DNA of 39,435 bases from Octopus bimaculoides (Eukaryota). Shown here piece by piece: positions 1 through 9,951 of the stretch (position 1 is its first letter; each line of letters opens with the position of its first letter). The translations under genes were made by a program, and so were the position numbers. The notes under the pieces were generated by a model. That model had not been told where the DNA came from, searched no databases, and saw only the letters and a list, made by a program, of their open reading frames with translations. The stretch covers positions 2,431,270 to 2,470,704 of the forward strand of contig NC_068994.1 of assembly GCF_001194135.2 (NCBI RefSeq), written 5' to 3'.

Positions 1-281
1 TAGTTCTATATTTAAGAAATGAGGAATTATGTACATTATTTACATTTGACGGGCTACTAAACCCAAGATTCTGAGTTCGATTCCAGGCACTCACCTGAAC
101 AACAACAGCAGCAGCAGTAACAACAACAACATCGAAAAATACAATAGGAATGAGAACCCAAGTTCGAAATTTCCCCAAGACACCTGATGAAGGCTGGAGG
201 GTATATCAGCCGAAACGCTGTGTTAACAACAAACAATACGAAGACATATCTGTCAAATGTAAAGAAGATAAATAATGTATA
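1..281. mobile_element. Penelope-type terminal repeat fragments in inverted arrangement, with a tRNA-SINE head fragment between them
   Basis: tttacatttgacgg (about 39-52) is the near reverse complement of ctgtcaaatgtaaa (250-263). The segment carries the hammerhead motif. B-box-like GAGTTCGATTCC near 73-84, then a (CAA/CAG)n tract. Confidence 0.55.
179..224 (+). ncRNA. Minimal type I hammerhead ribozyme motif (Penelope-like)
   Basis: GACAC-CTGATGA-A-GGCTG-(10-nt loop)-CAGCC-GAAA-CG-CT-GTGTT. Helix I GACAC/GTGTT, helix II GGCTG/CAGCC and both core boxes are intact. The position expected to be U16.1 is C (218). Confidence 0.75.
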
Positions 282-1130
282 TATTTTTTATTGTTCAATT
301 TAAGTTTAATTTAAACTTCCATATTTATATGCATTTTTTTGTGGAATGCTAGGTAAAATTGTTGGTGTCTCAATTAGTGTTTTTCTATTCAATTTCACTT
401 TTTGTATTTCATTAAATGCTGAAACGGCATCGTGAGCTGATAAAAACGTTGGTGTTCTATGACTAACATAACAGTTTGAATCAGGGAGTTCACAGTTTCC
501 ATGTTTACACTGAAATTTCTATATTTGTTCTGGGGTTTAATGGCATCACTTATTTTGAAAATCTGATTGTGAAAGTTGAAACATTACTGGATTTAGGAAT
601 GTTATTCTGCCAAACTAATTATAAAGATCTTATAAAGAATTGTGAAAAAATATTTAATAAAAAAGATCAAAAGCATAAGTATAGTTGTGTGTGTGTGTAT
701 GTGTGCTTGCATGCAAGTGTGTGTAACTTGTTTGCTGCAAATGCCACTTAGTTTAAATTTATAAAAGGATATTCTGTGTTGAAGTTGGAAAAGATCAACT
801 TTGGTCAGACAATCCTGCTACCCACTGGGAAATTTCATGACTCCTTTGTTGGCATTCTTGTTTGAATTGCTTTCAGAAATAACCATTTACAGGTTCATTC
901 CTTATAGTCAAATCATCATTTTCCTATAATTTTTTCCAATCTTTCCAAACCTAATCATAATATACGCTGTATAGTTAAAAAAACATAACATTCACTTTCA
1001 GTATCTTTTTCTTTTTCTCCAAGAACTTCAACACAATATCCTTTTATGAATTTAAACTGACTGGCATTTTGAGCGCTTACAGCTAACAAGTTACTTGATA
1101 AAATTATTGGGTGGTGATGATGGTTTTTGT

Positions 1131-1250
1131 TGTTTCTAATACAAGTACAAAGCTTGAAATTTGAGAGGTGGAGAAGAGTCAATAATATCGACCCCAGTAC
1201 TTACATGGCAGTTTATTTCATTCCCCACAGAGTGATGAAAGGCAAAGCTA
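1131..1250 (-). mobile_element. SINE fragment (abundant family with core tcgaccccagtac...tgaaaggcaaag)
   Basis: Shares atcgaccccagtact and gatgaaa with the copy at 21774-21980 and, reversed, with 15439-15651. Confidence 0.65.
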
Positions 1251-1828
1251 TTTTGAACACTTGTAAAATCATAATGACTTGAAGTGGACATTTAGCATGA
1301 AATACAATCTACCCAGGCATATATTTGGCCATTTCATATCAATAAGTATGCAAATAAAAGTTTTTAACTTATTACCAAATTTTTACTATTTTAACATGTT
1401 TAACATTAATGCACATAATTGAAGAATGTATTTTACAAAATACATTTGAAATTACTTTTCTGAAAAATAAATAAAAGAATTAGTTATAAAACTAAATCTA
1501 AACAGGATATTTTTTAAATGTGTTAAGAAGAAATATTTAAAAATAAACTGAGTGTATCTGCTACATCAACTCAAAACAACTTGTGTGAATTGTTTATTCA
1601 TTTAAAGTCTATTTTTCCATGTTGGCATAGGTTGGATGGGTGCCGTTCCTGAAGCATTTTCTGGCTGGATGCTATTTCTCTTGCCAACCGTTACCTATTT
1701 TTGCAAGGGATTTTGTATAATTTCATTGGTCTTCAAATGTGCAAAGCAACTGGTCACAATGTTAACAAGGCAAGCAAGTACCGAATCGACATTTTGCTCA
1801 GAGAGTGACAAGTAAAGCTGTTAAATGT

Positions 1829-1908
1829 CACACACACACACATGCGTGCACACACATGCGTGCACACACATGCGTGCACACACATACACATGTACACACA
1901 CACATGCA
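1829..1908. repeat. (CA)n microsatellite with three 14-bp units cacacatgcgtgca
   Basis: Units at 1837, 1851 and 1865 read directly. Explains the HT/CV-repeat ORFs here. Confidence 0.9.
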
Positions 1909-1909
1909 C

Positions 1910-2055
1910 TTCCATACTGTTTCCACCTATCAATTTCACTCACAAGACATTCGTTGGTTTGGCGCTTTAAAAGATGTCGTTTGCCGAAGGTACCATGTAG
2001 TGGTATTGGACATGAAACCTTGTGGTTGCAAAGCAAAGTTCTTGAGCATAACAAC
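1910..2055 (-). mobile_element. Degenerate tRNA-derived SINE
   Basis: Recognised from memory as an octopus SINE family (cactcacaag...ccaaggt.ccat.tagtgg...gaaacc.tgtggttgcaaagcaa). Decayed. Confidence 0.5.
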
Positions 2056-2929
2056 AATGCACACACCTTGTGAACATATGCATTAAAATATCTTACAGAT
2101 GATACATGGATATCCATTAGAAAAATACAGTAGTTATATTGTGAAAAGTGCAAGAAACAAGGCAATGAAGATAAAGATGTAGCAATACCAGATGCAGCAA
2201 AGGAGAATAAAGTAAAGATTGTTGATAATAAAAGTTAGAAGGCAATAAAGAAGACATCAAGAAAAAATAAACATTATGACATGATATTAGTAATACAAGT
2301 ACTTTCAAATACTATTGGAAATAACGTAAAGAAACCAAAATACAATGTCAAAAATGATTGTCAATGGAGGATGGGTTTAAATTGTAAGTAGAATAACAAT
2401 GTTTCCTGGTATTTTATAACATCAAATCATTAACACTTATCAGAAGTACTTTCTAACGTCCTTCCTAACTGGCTATATAGGTCAAGAGTTTCTTTGGAAC
2501 AATGAACTGCATGTACTGGTTTCACACACAATGTATTTGTGAAGGATATATCTAACTCATGGACATTTCTCAATATCTATAAATGTATGTGTACATTTAT
2601 CAAGAACATTGCCTGTGCCTGTAAGTGACCATGTCAGACAACTTATCACATGACACTAATATATTTCACAACTGATAAAATAACAAATTAGACGGATCAA
2701 ATCACTAGAGGTAAGACTCCATGCTTGATTTTTTTGAATAATTTGATTTAAACGATTATTTCAAAAGAGCTGGAATTGAATTTTTGTTTATGATTTATAT
2801 CTTTACTGAGGGCCGACCCATAGATAAAGAATTTATTAAAATATTCATGACAATGAAATTATATATCTCGTAGAGTGGACAACATTCCACCATCTCATTG
2901 TTTGTTTTAATGTCCCTTTTCTCACTAGG

Positions 2930-3120
2930 CTAACTGGATCTGTCTATAACATACCAGCAATAATCACACGTTTTCCATATCCTTTCTGACACCTAACCTC
3001 ACCACTGCCAGGTTTTCCTTGGTATCCATAATATCCACCAGGGACAATATTTGACACTTTTCACCCAGCACTTAGTGTACAATATTATCTATCACAATTT
3101 TCTTTCCAGCATGCATCAAA
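2930..3120 (-). mobile_element. RTE-clade LINE 3' coding remnant
   Basis: Minus strand gives CWVKS (about 3055-3070) and PRKTW (3008-3022), matching the RTE C-terminal pattern WVKKC...GRPRKTW. Frameshifted. Confidence 0.55.
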
Positions 3121-3675
3121 TGATACCTTTAATTCCCAGCCACTCTCTCAAAACACATTTACTCCACTTTTCATTTGGATTAACACTATACATACAGCAA
3201 ATCATACTCATTTCTTTCCCAGCCTCCACACATCTTCCATATTCAACAACCACAACTCACTACCATGATTCTCACACAAACATAAAAATGCTTTGTTGCC
3301 AACAGATAACAATTCCCTAAACTCATCCCATCCCTTCTTCATATACTAGTTACTATTATTAGAAAACAGGAATTATTAATCATTTCTAGAGAGATATGTA
3401 GATTATGTTTAATAGCTGATCTGTACTATATCTGTGTATTTATTACATATGAAGTTTGGGTTGATGGGTAGAAAGCTATAAAGCTCATTGCAATTTCTGT
3501 GATTCCATTATTGGCACTAAACCAAAATTATTGAATTCTTATCTATCTACTTCTTTCCTAAACTGTCACCAAGAACGCTTCCCAGATGCTACTAATATTT
3601 CATGATTTCTCTTACTAACTTGAATTTCTGATGTCAACCTTCCGACTGTTTGGCTCTGAACCATGTCTCCACTAA

Positions 3676-3903
3676 TCATTTCACCTGGCTTGCTAACGAT
3701 TCTGCTAGCTTGCCACCNNNNNNNNNNNNNNNNNNNNNNNNNNNNNNNNNNNNNNNNNNNNNNNNNNNNNNNNNNNNNNNNNNNNNNNNNNNNNNNNNNN
3801 NNNNNNNNNNNNNNNNNGATTCTGCTAGCTTGCCACCCTAGACAGATGAAATACCACTAAGCATTTCCCCTGGGGTGCTAATGTTTCTGCCAGCTCGCCA
3901 CCT
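3676..3903 (-). mobile_element. Two SINE 5' head fragments around a 100-N gap
   Basis: gctaacgattctgctagcttgccacc and ctaagcatttc...ctgccagctcgccacctta are reverse complements of the head seen at 15439. Confidence 0.7.
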
Positions 3904-4450
3904 TACAAAGGTCTATCATTGACTCCGTGAGGCTCAACACTCAAAAGTAGCTCAGCCACTTTGCCTCCAAAATGAAGTCTAATAATTGACCTGTAAACTC
4001 AGGTGTTAACCCCCACATGATGTAGAAAGTTCTTTCATGTGATTTACAGATTCATAATTCTTCCTTTCTCATTTATCTCAATCAGGAATTGAAAAATTGG
4101 GGATTCATAAATTCAGTCAAACTTTATGGACATATATACAAATATGTATATATATATATGCGTGTGTATCTCTGTTGATATATATATATATGTATTTATA
4201 TACATGCATACACACACACACACATATGTACACACTCATACATACATTATATCAGAAGCAAAATTTGAAGTTTACTTTTAACAATTTCACCAATACCATT
4301 ACTATAAATAATAGATCGTGTTGCTTCATAAATAGATCCTTAAGTATTCCACAGTATACATGAAACGCTACTTCCATGGAGATATTTCCTATTTCTAAGT
4401 AATATCTCTCTTAATTTAGACAAGTACATGAATACATATATATGCATGTA

Positions 4451-4800
4451 TCTATCTATCTATCTATTCAACTTCTCTGGTTGACATTAAGACACCCACC
4501 CCCAATAGGTGTCTTAAATCCCACAAGTTAGAGCTCCATGACCTATTTTTCAGGAGCAAAATCCTTTTAATAGGTTCCATAAGACTGGAATTTTGTAATC
4601 TGCGCATAAAGACCAGTAGTATGGGACACATGTGTCATGATTAGAATTTTTTTTACGGTTTGTAAAGAGGGAAAGAACCCTCATCTGCAATTTTGATTTA
4701 ATTTGAATCATAGGTATTCCAGTTCATTAGAGAAAATATAAAAGGAAAGTCTAATTCTTCCATTGCATGTACCATGGGCAGCGCCAGGTATCTCTGCTAG
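4451..4800 (+). mobile_element. Short non-autonomous Helitron-like element
   Basis: Starts TC after an A (4450|4451) in a (TCTA)n tract and ends CTAG before a T (4800|4801). GC-rich subterminal hairpin TACC..GGC-AGC-GCC.GGTA about 6 nt before CTAG. Confidence 0.6.
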
Positions 4801-5374
4801 TCTATATTATCTCACATATATACAGGCATACATACATATATACATACATATAGTGTGACTTTTTATGGCCTATTTTACCACACTTCAAACCTTTTATATT
4901 TTTAAATGAACAGTTATTTTTAAAATGTAAACCATTGCACCTATAACATGAATTCAGTCTTGACATTTCTTGTTATCAGATACCAATTGACACACTTGAA
5001 CATGAGAGCAATCTTTCTCTTCAATTTTAATTGCATCGTGTCGTAAATTTATAATCCTCTGACATTCTTCTGTTATGGCCTGCAGAGTTAAACTTTCAGT
5101 CCTCTTCTAAAACGTATATCTGCATTTTGCATTTGCTGGGCAGCTGATCTCTACAACGTTGTATGATTTTGTTCCCTGTGCCCACACAATATCAGGTCTG
5201 TTGTGTTTGTTATGGATTATTGTTTTTATTAGAATGTAATACAATTATTTCTTGTTTTTAAACATATGAATTGTAAACATTATATTTATTAAAAAAAAAA
5301 AAAAACAATTTACAAGAATAAATAATAAAAATGAATTAAAGTAAAGTTTGTTCCTGAGTCATATAGGCACATAG

Positions 5375-5585
5375 AACTGGTTTCTGGGTTTCCATGACAT
5401 ATATACCCCCTACCTAATTGGGATGCCAGTCTATTACAGGATTACTCATTTTTGCCAGCTGAGTGGACTGGAGCAATGAGAAATGAAATGTTTTGCTGAA
5501 GAACATGTGCTATTTGGTCCAGGAATTGAAACCACAATCTTACAATCATGAGTTCAACAGCTAACCACTAAGCCACAAGCCTCCA
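5375..5585 (-). mobile_element. tRNA-derived SINE
   Basis: Minus-strand A box TGGCTTAGTGG and B box GGTTTCAATTCC, followed by a body homologous to 5740-5830 (+). Confidence 0.75.
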
Positions 5586-5739
5586 TAAAGCAATGAAAAA
5601 TATGGTAAAAAAAAACGAAAGTAAAATGTATATAAAAAATAAGAAAGTATATGCACTCTCTGGTATCAATGCCTTATGGAAAGATAGTACTTTGCAGAGA
5701 TTTTTGGGCAGCTGGTTGGCATTAGGAAGGGCATCCACA

Positions 5740-5950
5740 ATCATGAGGTAGTGAGTGCGATTTACGGACCAGGCTGTGTTGTGTTCTTGAGCAAGACACT
5801 TTATTTCACGTTGTTCCATTTCACTCAGCTGCAGAAATGAGTGTCAACGTCACTGGTGTCATGCATGAGTGACTGCTGGACTTCCATAAACAAACTTGCC
5901 TCGGGGGAGGTGGGGTAAATTTCTAGGTGCAAACCCATAGTCATTCATGA
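5740..5950 (+). mobile_element. tRNA-derived SINE, head-to-head with the previous copy
   Basis: cttgagcaagacactttatttcacgttgttcc..tcactcagctg is the reverse complement of the 5455-5510 body. Confidence 0.65.
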
Positions 5951-6663
5951 CCAAAGGGGCTCCTATCCTTCACATACTGAAACTGAATTGTAGTTTGTCT
6001 GAAAATCGGAAATTAATTACCATCGCCTCAGTTAATATAAGAACAAGTGTTCACATAATCATATTGTAGCCGAAGGGAGGCAACTCATATTGTCCTAAGT
6101 TTTTGCTACATTAACGTAGATGAAACAAATAATATCCACATGTGTATATAAACAAAATGTACGTTCTATGTCTTGCACATAAATTTATGTTTTGGTTTAG
6201 TCTCAACAGCTGGATGACCATCTCATCACCAACATTTTTTCAGAATGTACTAAGAGCATTTTACCATGGCATAGGCACTAGAGCAGTGACCAAGTCCTGG
6301 ATAAGACTAAAGAGTCCTCTGAACTCCATATCGTCTCCACTATGTTCACTGACCACTTAACAATGTCCGCTGGATGGATTTTATAATGGTACCAACACCA
6401 GTGGAGTCGCTTTGGAACCCATACGAATAAAGTGTCCTGACTATTTTATGGTGTGTTTGTTCACTCAAGGCTATATGACTGAGAAAGTAAATAGATAAAA
6501 GAGTGATGATGGTAGAAGAAGCAGAATGGGTAGTTGAAGGGAGAAAATGTATGATGTTAGAAATGGGATGAAAGGGTGACAGGGTGAGAGAGAAAGTGAA
6601 GGATAGAAATAGAGATGGATAAATGATGAGAGTAAATGACAGATGCCAGTAACAAGTGGCTCA

Positions 6664-6727
6664 AGAATGAGGGAATGATGACTGGAATTATAGAATGAGG
6701 GAATGATGACTGGAATTATAGAATGAG
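6664..6727. repeat. Perfect 28-bp tandem duplication agaatgagggaatgatgactggaattat (2.3 copies)
   Basis: Read directly at 6664, 6692 and 6720. Confidence 0.9.
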
Positions 6728-6997
6728 AATGCTGAGTGCAGGAATTGCAAGTAGATCTCATTCAATCCCTTATAACGTAGGAGAGTTAGAGTAATAAGAA
6801 TGAGAGATGGAAAGCATCAGAAACATAAGTAATGCTAGACTCATAAAATGATATCCCAATCGCAGGGTTTTATTATTGAGGTTTTTGGCTGCAGGGTTAA
6901 ATTTCAAAAACATTTGAGGTGATGTTCACAACACAGTTTCACAACATGGATTGGTCAACAAGGCTACACAACATGGATTGGTCAAAGTGATGTAGAT

Positions 6998-7040
6998 GCC
7001 TCTGATGAGAATCCAATATGATTTGAAAATTGACTATGGT
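6998..7040 (+). ncRNA. Degenerate hammerhead ribozyme motif in a retroelement 3' remnant
   Basis: CTGATGA (7002-7008), helix II GAATC/GATTT around CAATAT, GAAA (7025-7028). Helices I and III are decayed. An (ATT)n-like tail follows at about 7090. Confidence 0.5.
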
Positions 7041-7222
7041 TGTTCATCATTTGTTGTAGTGCACCTGAGCACTGTATACAATAAGTTCATAATTATTATT
7101 TTATTATTACATATTAAGCTGACTGATCAATTTTGGGGTTGTTTATGTGAAAATGGTACGGTTCATTCATGATAGCAAACTGATAATTTCACATTTGGAG
7201 TTCAAAGTTAAATGAAGAAAGG

Positions 7223-7321
7223 GTAAGTCACAGAGAGATGAATGACAGAGAAATGAGTAATATAAAGATGAGTGTCAGAAAAATAAGAAATAGAAGGATA
7301 AGCGATAGAGACATAAGTGAT

Positions 7322-7377
<56 letters not shown>

Positions 7378-7547
7378 AAGAGAGAGAGTAAATAAATTAA
7401 ATCCCATTAACTTAAGTAATATCTTCCAATCAATTAAAAATATGGAATTTCTGGAATACTTTGAATGTACTAAATATATTATTGAAGTTTTTGTTATTAT
7501 ATCTATTCTCACAAATGTGCTAACTATCCTTTTATTTTTTTGTCCAG
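7223..7547 (+). other. Predicted 5'UTR intron of gene A (325 nt)
   Basis: Donor AGG|gtaagt, branch-like tgctaac, pyrimidine tract and tccag| ending 56 nt before the ATG. Contains the (GA)n tract. Confidence 0.65.
7321..7388. repeat. (GA)n microsatellite
   Basis: Read directly; source of the ER/SL-repeat ORFs. Confidence 0.95.
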
Positions 7548-7603
7548 TTTGAATATTTGAAGTCATCTCTCCACTGGATACTGTATTAATATCAAGACCA
7601 GAA

Positions 7604-9951
7604 ATGTTATTGTGCCTCTGTATTTTACTAACTTTCTCCCACTGTTCTGCAAGTGAAGATATCACATACCATATTAAAGAAGAGAATAGTCCCTACACCT
7701 ATGTAGGGGACATAGCTACTGACTTACAGAAATCAGACAACTCCTTAAAAAATAAGGATTTAATTACATTTAGTCAACGACAACAGAAGGGAGAACAATT
7801 GTTCAATGTGACGAAAACAGGTAAACTGTACACTGTTCAGACATTGGATGCTGAGTCTGTGTGTAGTTATGAGAAAGAATGTTTTGAAACCATTCAAGTT
7901 GCTGTTAACAAATCCAAGACATTTATGAAGATCTTAAAGATTAAAGTCATAATAGAAGACATCAATGATCACCAACCTGAGTTTCCTAAGAAAGAATTTA
8001 CACTAAAATTTAAGGAAGAAGATCGAGAAGGTATAAAGAAAACTATTCCCAGTGCTATGGATAACGATATAGGAAATAAAAGCAGTTCAATCAAATATAA
8101 ATATCATGGTGATGAACATTTTTCATTATCTGTCTCTAAACAAGCTGACGGATTATCATCATTAGCAATTATTTTAGAAAAGAAATTAGATAGAGAAAAG
8201 AAAGACAGTTACAATATCGAAGTCATTGCTAAAGATGGGGGAACTCCACCAAAACAATCTGTGCTAAAGTTTAAAATATCTGTAGAAGATGAAAATGATA
8301 ATGAACCAAAATTTTCCCAAAGTATCTACAATGTCTCTATAGAACATAAGCATAAAAAGAATATTCCAGTAGTCACATTATCTGCCAGTGATTTAGATAT
8401 TGGCAGGAATGGTAAAATATCATATTACTTTAGTCCGAGAACTGATATGAAGATAAGGAGACATTTTAATTTAGATGAAAAAACTGGAAAAATATACTTA
8501 AACTCTACATTACTTGAAGAGAAATTTTTTGAATTTTATGTTGTGGCTAAAGATAATGGAAGTTCTCCTCTCAATTCCATAGCTACTGTTATGGTAAATG
8601 TCATCAACCAACTGAACAATCCTCCAAATATTGATGTGAACTTTATTTCTACACAGAATCACAACACAGCTACCATTCTGGAAGATATCAAAGTTGGTAG
8701 TTTCATTGCTGATGTGATGGTCACTGACAATGATGTTGGACACAATGGACAGGTGAACTGTCATATCAAAGACGACACATTCAAACTACAATCAATGGGA
8801 TCAAAGGAATATAAAATAGTTCTAAAGAAAGCAGTAGACAGAGAGACACAGGAACATTATCACTTTACTGTGTCGTGTGAAGATAAAGGATTACCTGCTC
8901 TGAAAACTGATAAAGATCTGTCAATCCAAGTGCTAGATGTGAATGATGTAGAACNNNNNNNNNNNNNNNNNNNNNNNNNNNNNNNNNNNNNNNNNNNNNN
9001 NNNNNNNNNNNNNNNNNNNNNNNNNNNNNNNNNNNNNNNNNNNNNNNNNNNNNNNNNNNNNNNNNNNNNNNNNNNNNNNNNNNNNNNNNNNNNNNNNNNN
9101 NNNNNNNNNNNNNNNNNNNNNNNNNNNNNNNNNNNNNNNNNNNNNNNNNNNNNNNNNNNNNNNNNNNNNNNNNNNNNNNNNNNNNNNNNNNNNNNNNNNN
9201 NNNNNNNNNNNNNNNNNNNNNNNNNNNNNNNNNNNNNNNNNNNNNNNNNNNNNNNNNNNNNNNNNNNNNNNNNNNNNNNNNNNNNNNNNNNNNNNNNNNN
9301 NNNCTGAATAACACAGTGAATGTTGAAGTGGAAGTATTGGATAGAAATGATAATGCTCCATATTTTACATTTCCTAGTGTTGACCATTTCACTCTTAATG
9401 TCCACTATCATCCGCAAAGTAAGAACGACATCACAGTTCTGAAAGCATCTGATATAGACAGTCACATGAATGCTTTTCTCAGGTATGAAATCGTTTCAGG
9501 TAACGAGAGACAGTTATTTAAACTGGACTCGCTCACTGGTGTGTTATCTTACTCTCGCACAGTTTACCAAAATGATGCCGGATCATATGAGCTTGAGTTT
9601 GTTGTGAAAGACAGTGGTACCCCAGTTCTGTCAGCAACAACTAGCCTATTGTTGAAGCTAACTATTGACAAAAAAACATATCCAATGAGCCTTACATTAA
9701 TAATTATAATTGCTGTAGCATGTGTAGTTGTATCTTTGGTTATCATAGTTTCTATTACAATATGCATCTTTAAACATATTGAAGTCAAGCAGAGTTCGAG
9801 TGCCATACCAATGCTTTCTATAACAGAAATGAATGACCTCTATAATCGAACAGATTCCCAGTCAGTATCACAAATTGACAATATCTATTGGGAATTAATA
9901 CCAGAAATGTACAAAAATAAACTGTCAACATCTTGTAGTTTCTCAACAGTA
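7604..9951 (+). CDS. Pcdh: Protocadherin A, large coding exon (signal peptide, EC1-EC6, TM, proximal tail); N-gap 8955-9303 covers most of EC5
   Basis: Signal peptide MLLCLCILLTFSHCSA. Cadherin motifs DINDHQPEF, LDRE, DENDNEPKF, DVNDVE, DRNDNAPYF. EC1 Cys-X5-Cys (CSYEKEC). TM LTLIIIIAVACVVVSLVIIVSITICIF. The frame resumes at 9304 after the gap (gap length is an estimate, so frames differ). Phase-0 donor GTA|gtaagt at 9952. Symbol is family-level only. Confidence 0.95.
8955..9303. other. Assembly gap (349 N) inside gene A
   Basis: N run; flanking frames differ, so the size is approximate. Confidence 1.

Noticed and set aside
2080-2800. Coding-like A-rich stretch, possible DNA transposase remnant
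   Set aside because: No recognisable catalytic motif in any frame.
3698-3837. Identical 20-mer gattctgctagcttgccacc on both sides of the 100-N gap
   Set aside because: Typical unmerged contig overlap with a placeholder gap; probably not a real duplication.
6190-6420. Possible second Tc1/mariner remnant on the minus strand
   Set aside because: Only a faint W..S.DLN-like trace; too decayed to support.
8510-8764. Similar antisense ORFs at 8510-8764 and 29253-29582
   Set aside because: Shadows of the near-identical EC4 coding tract on the opposite strand.
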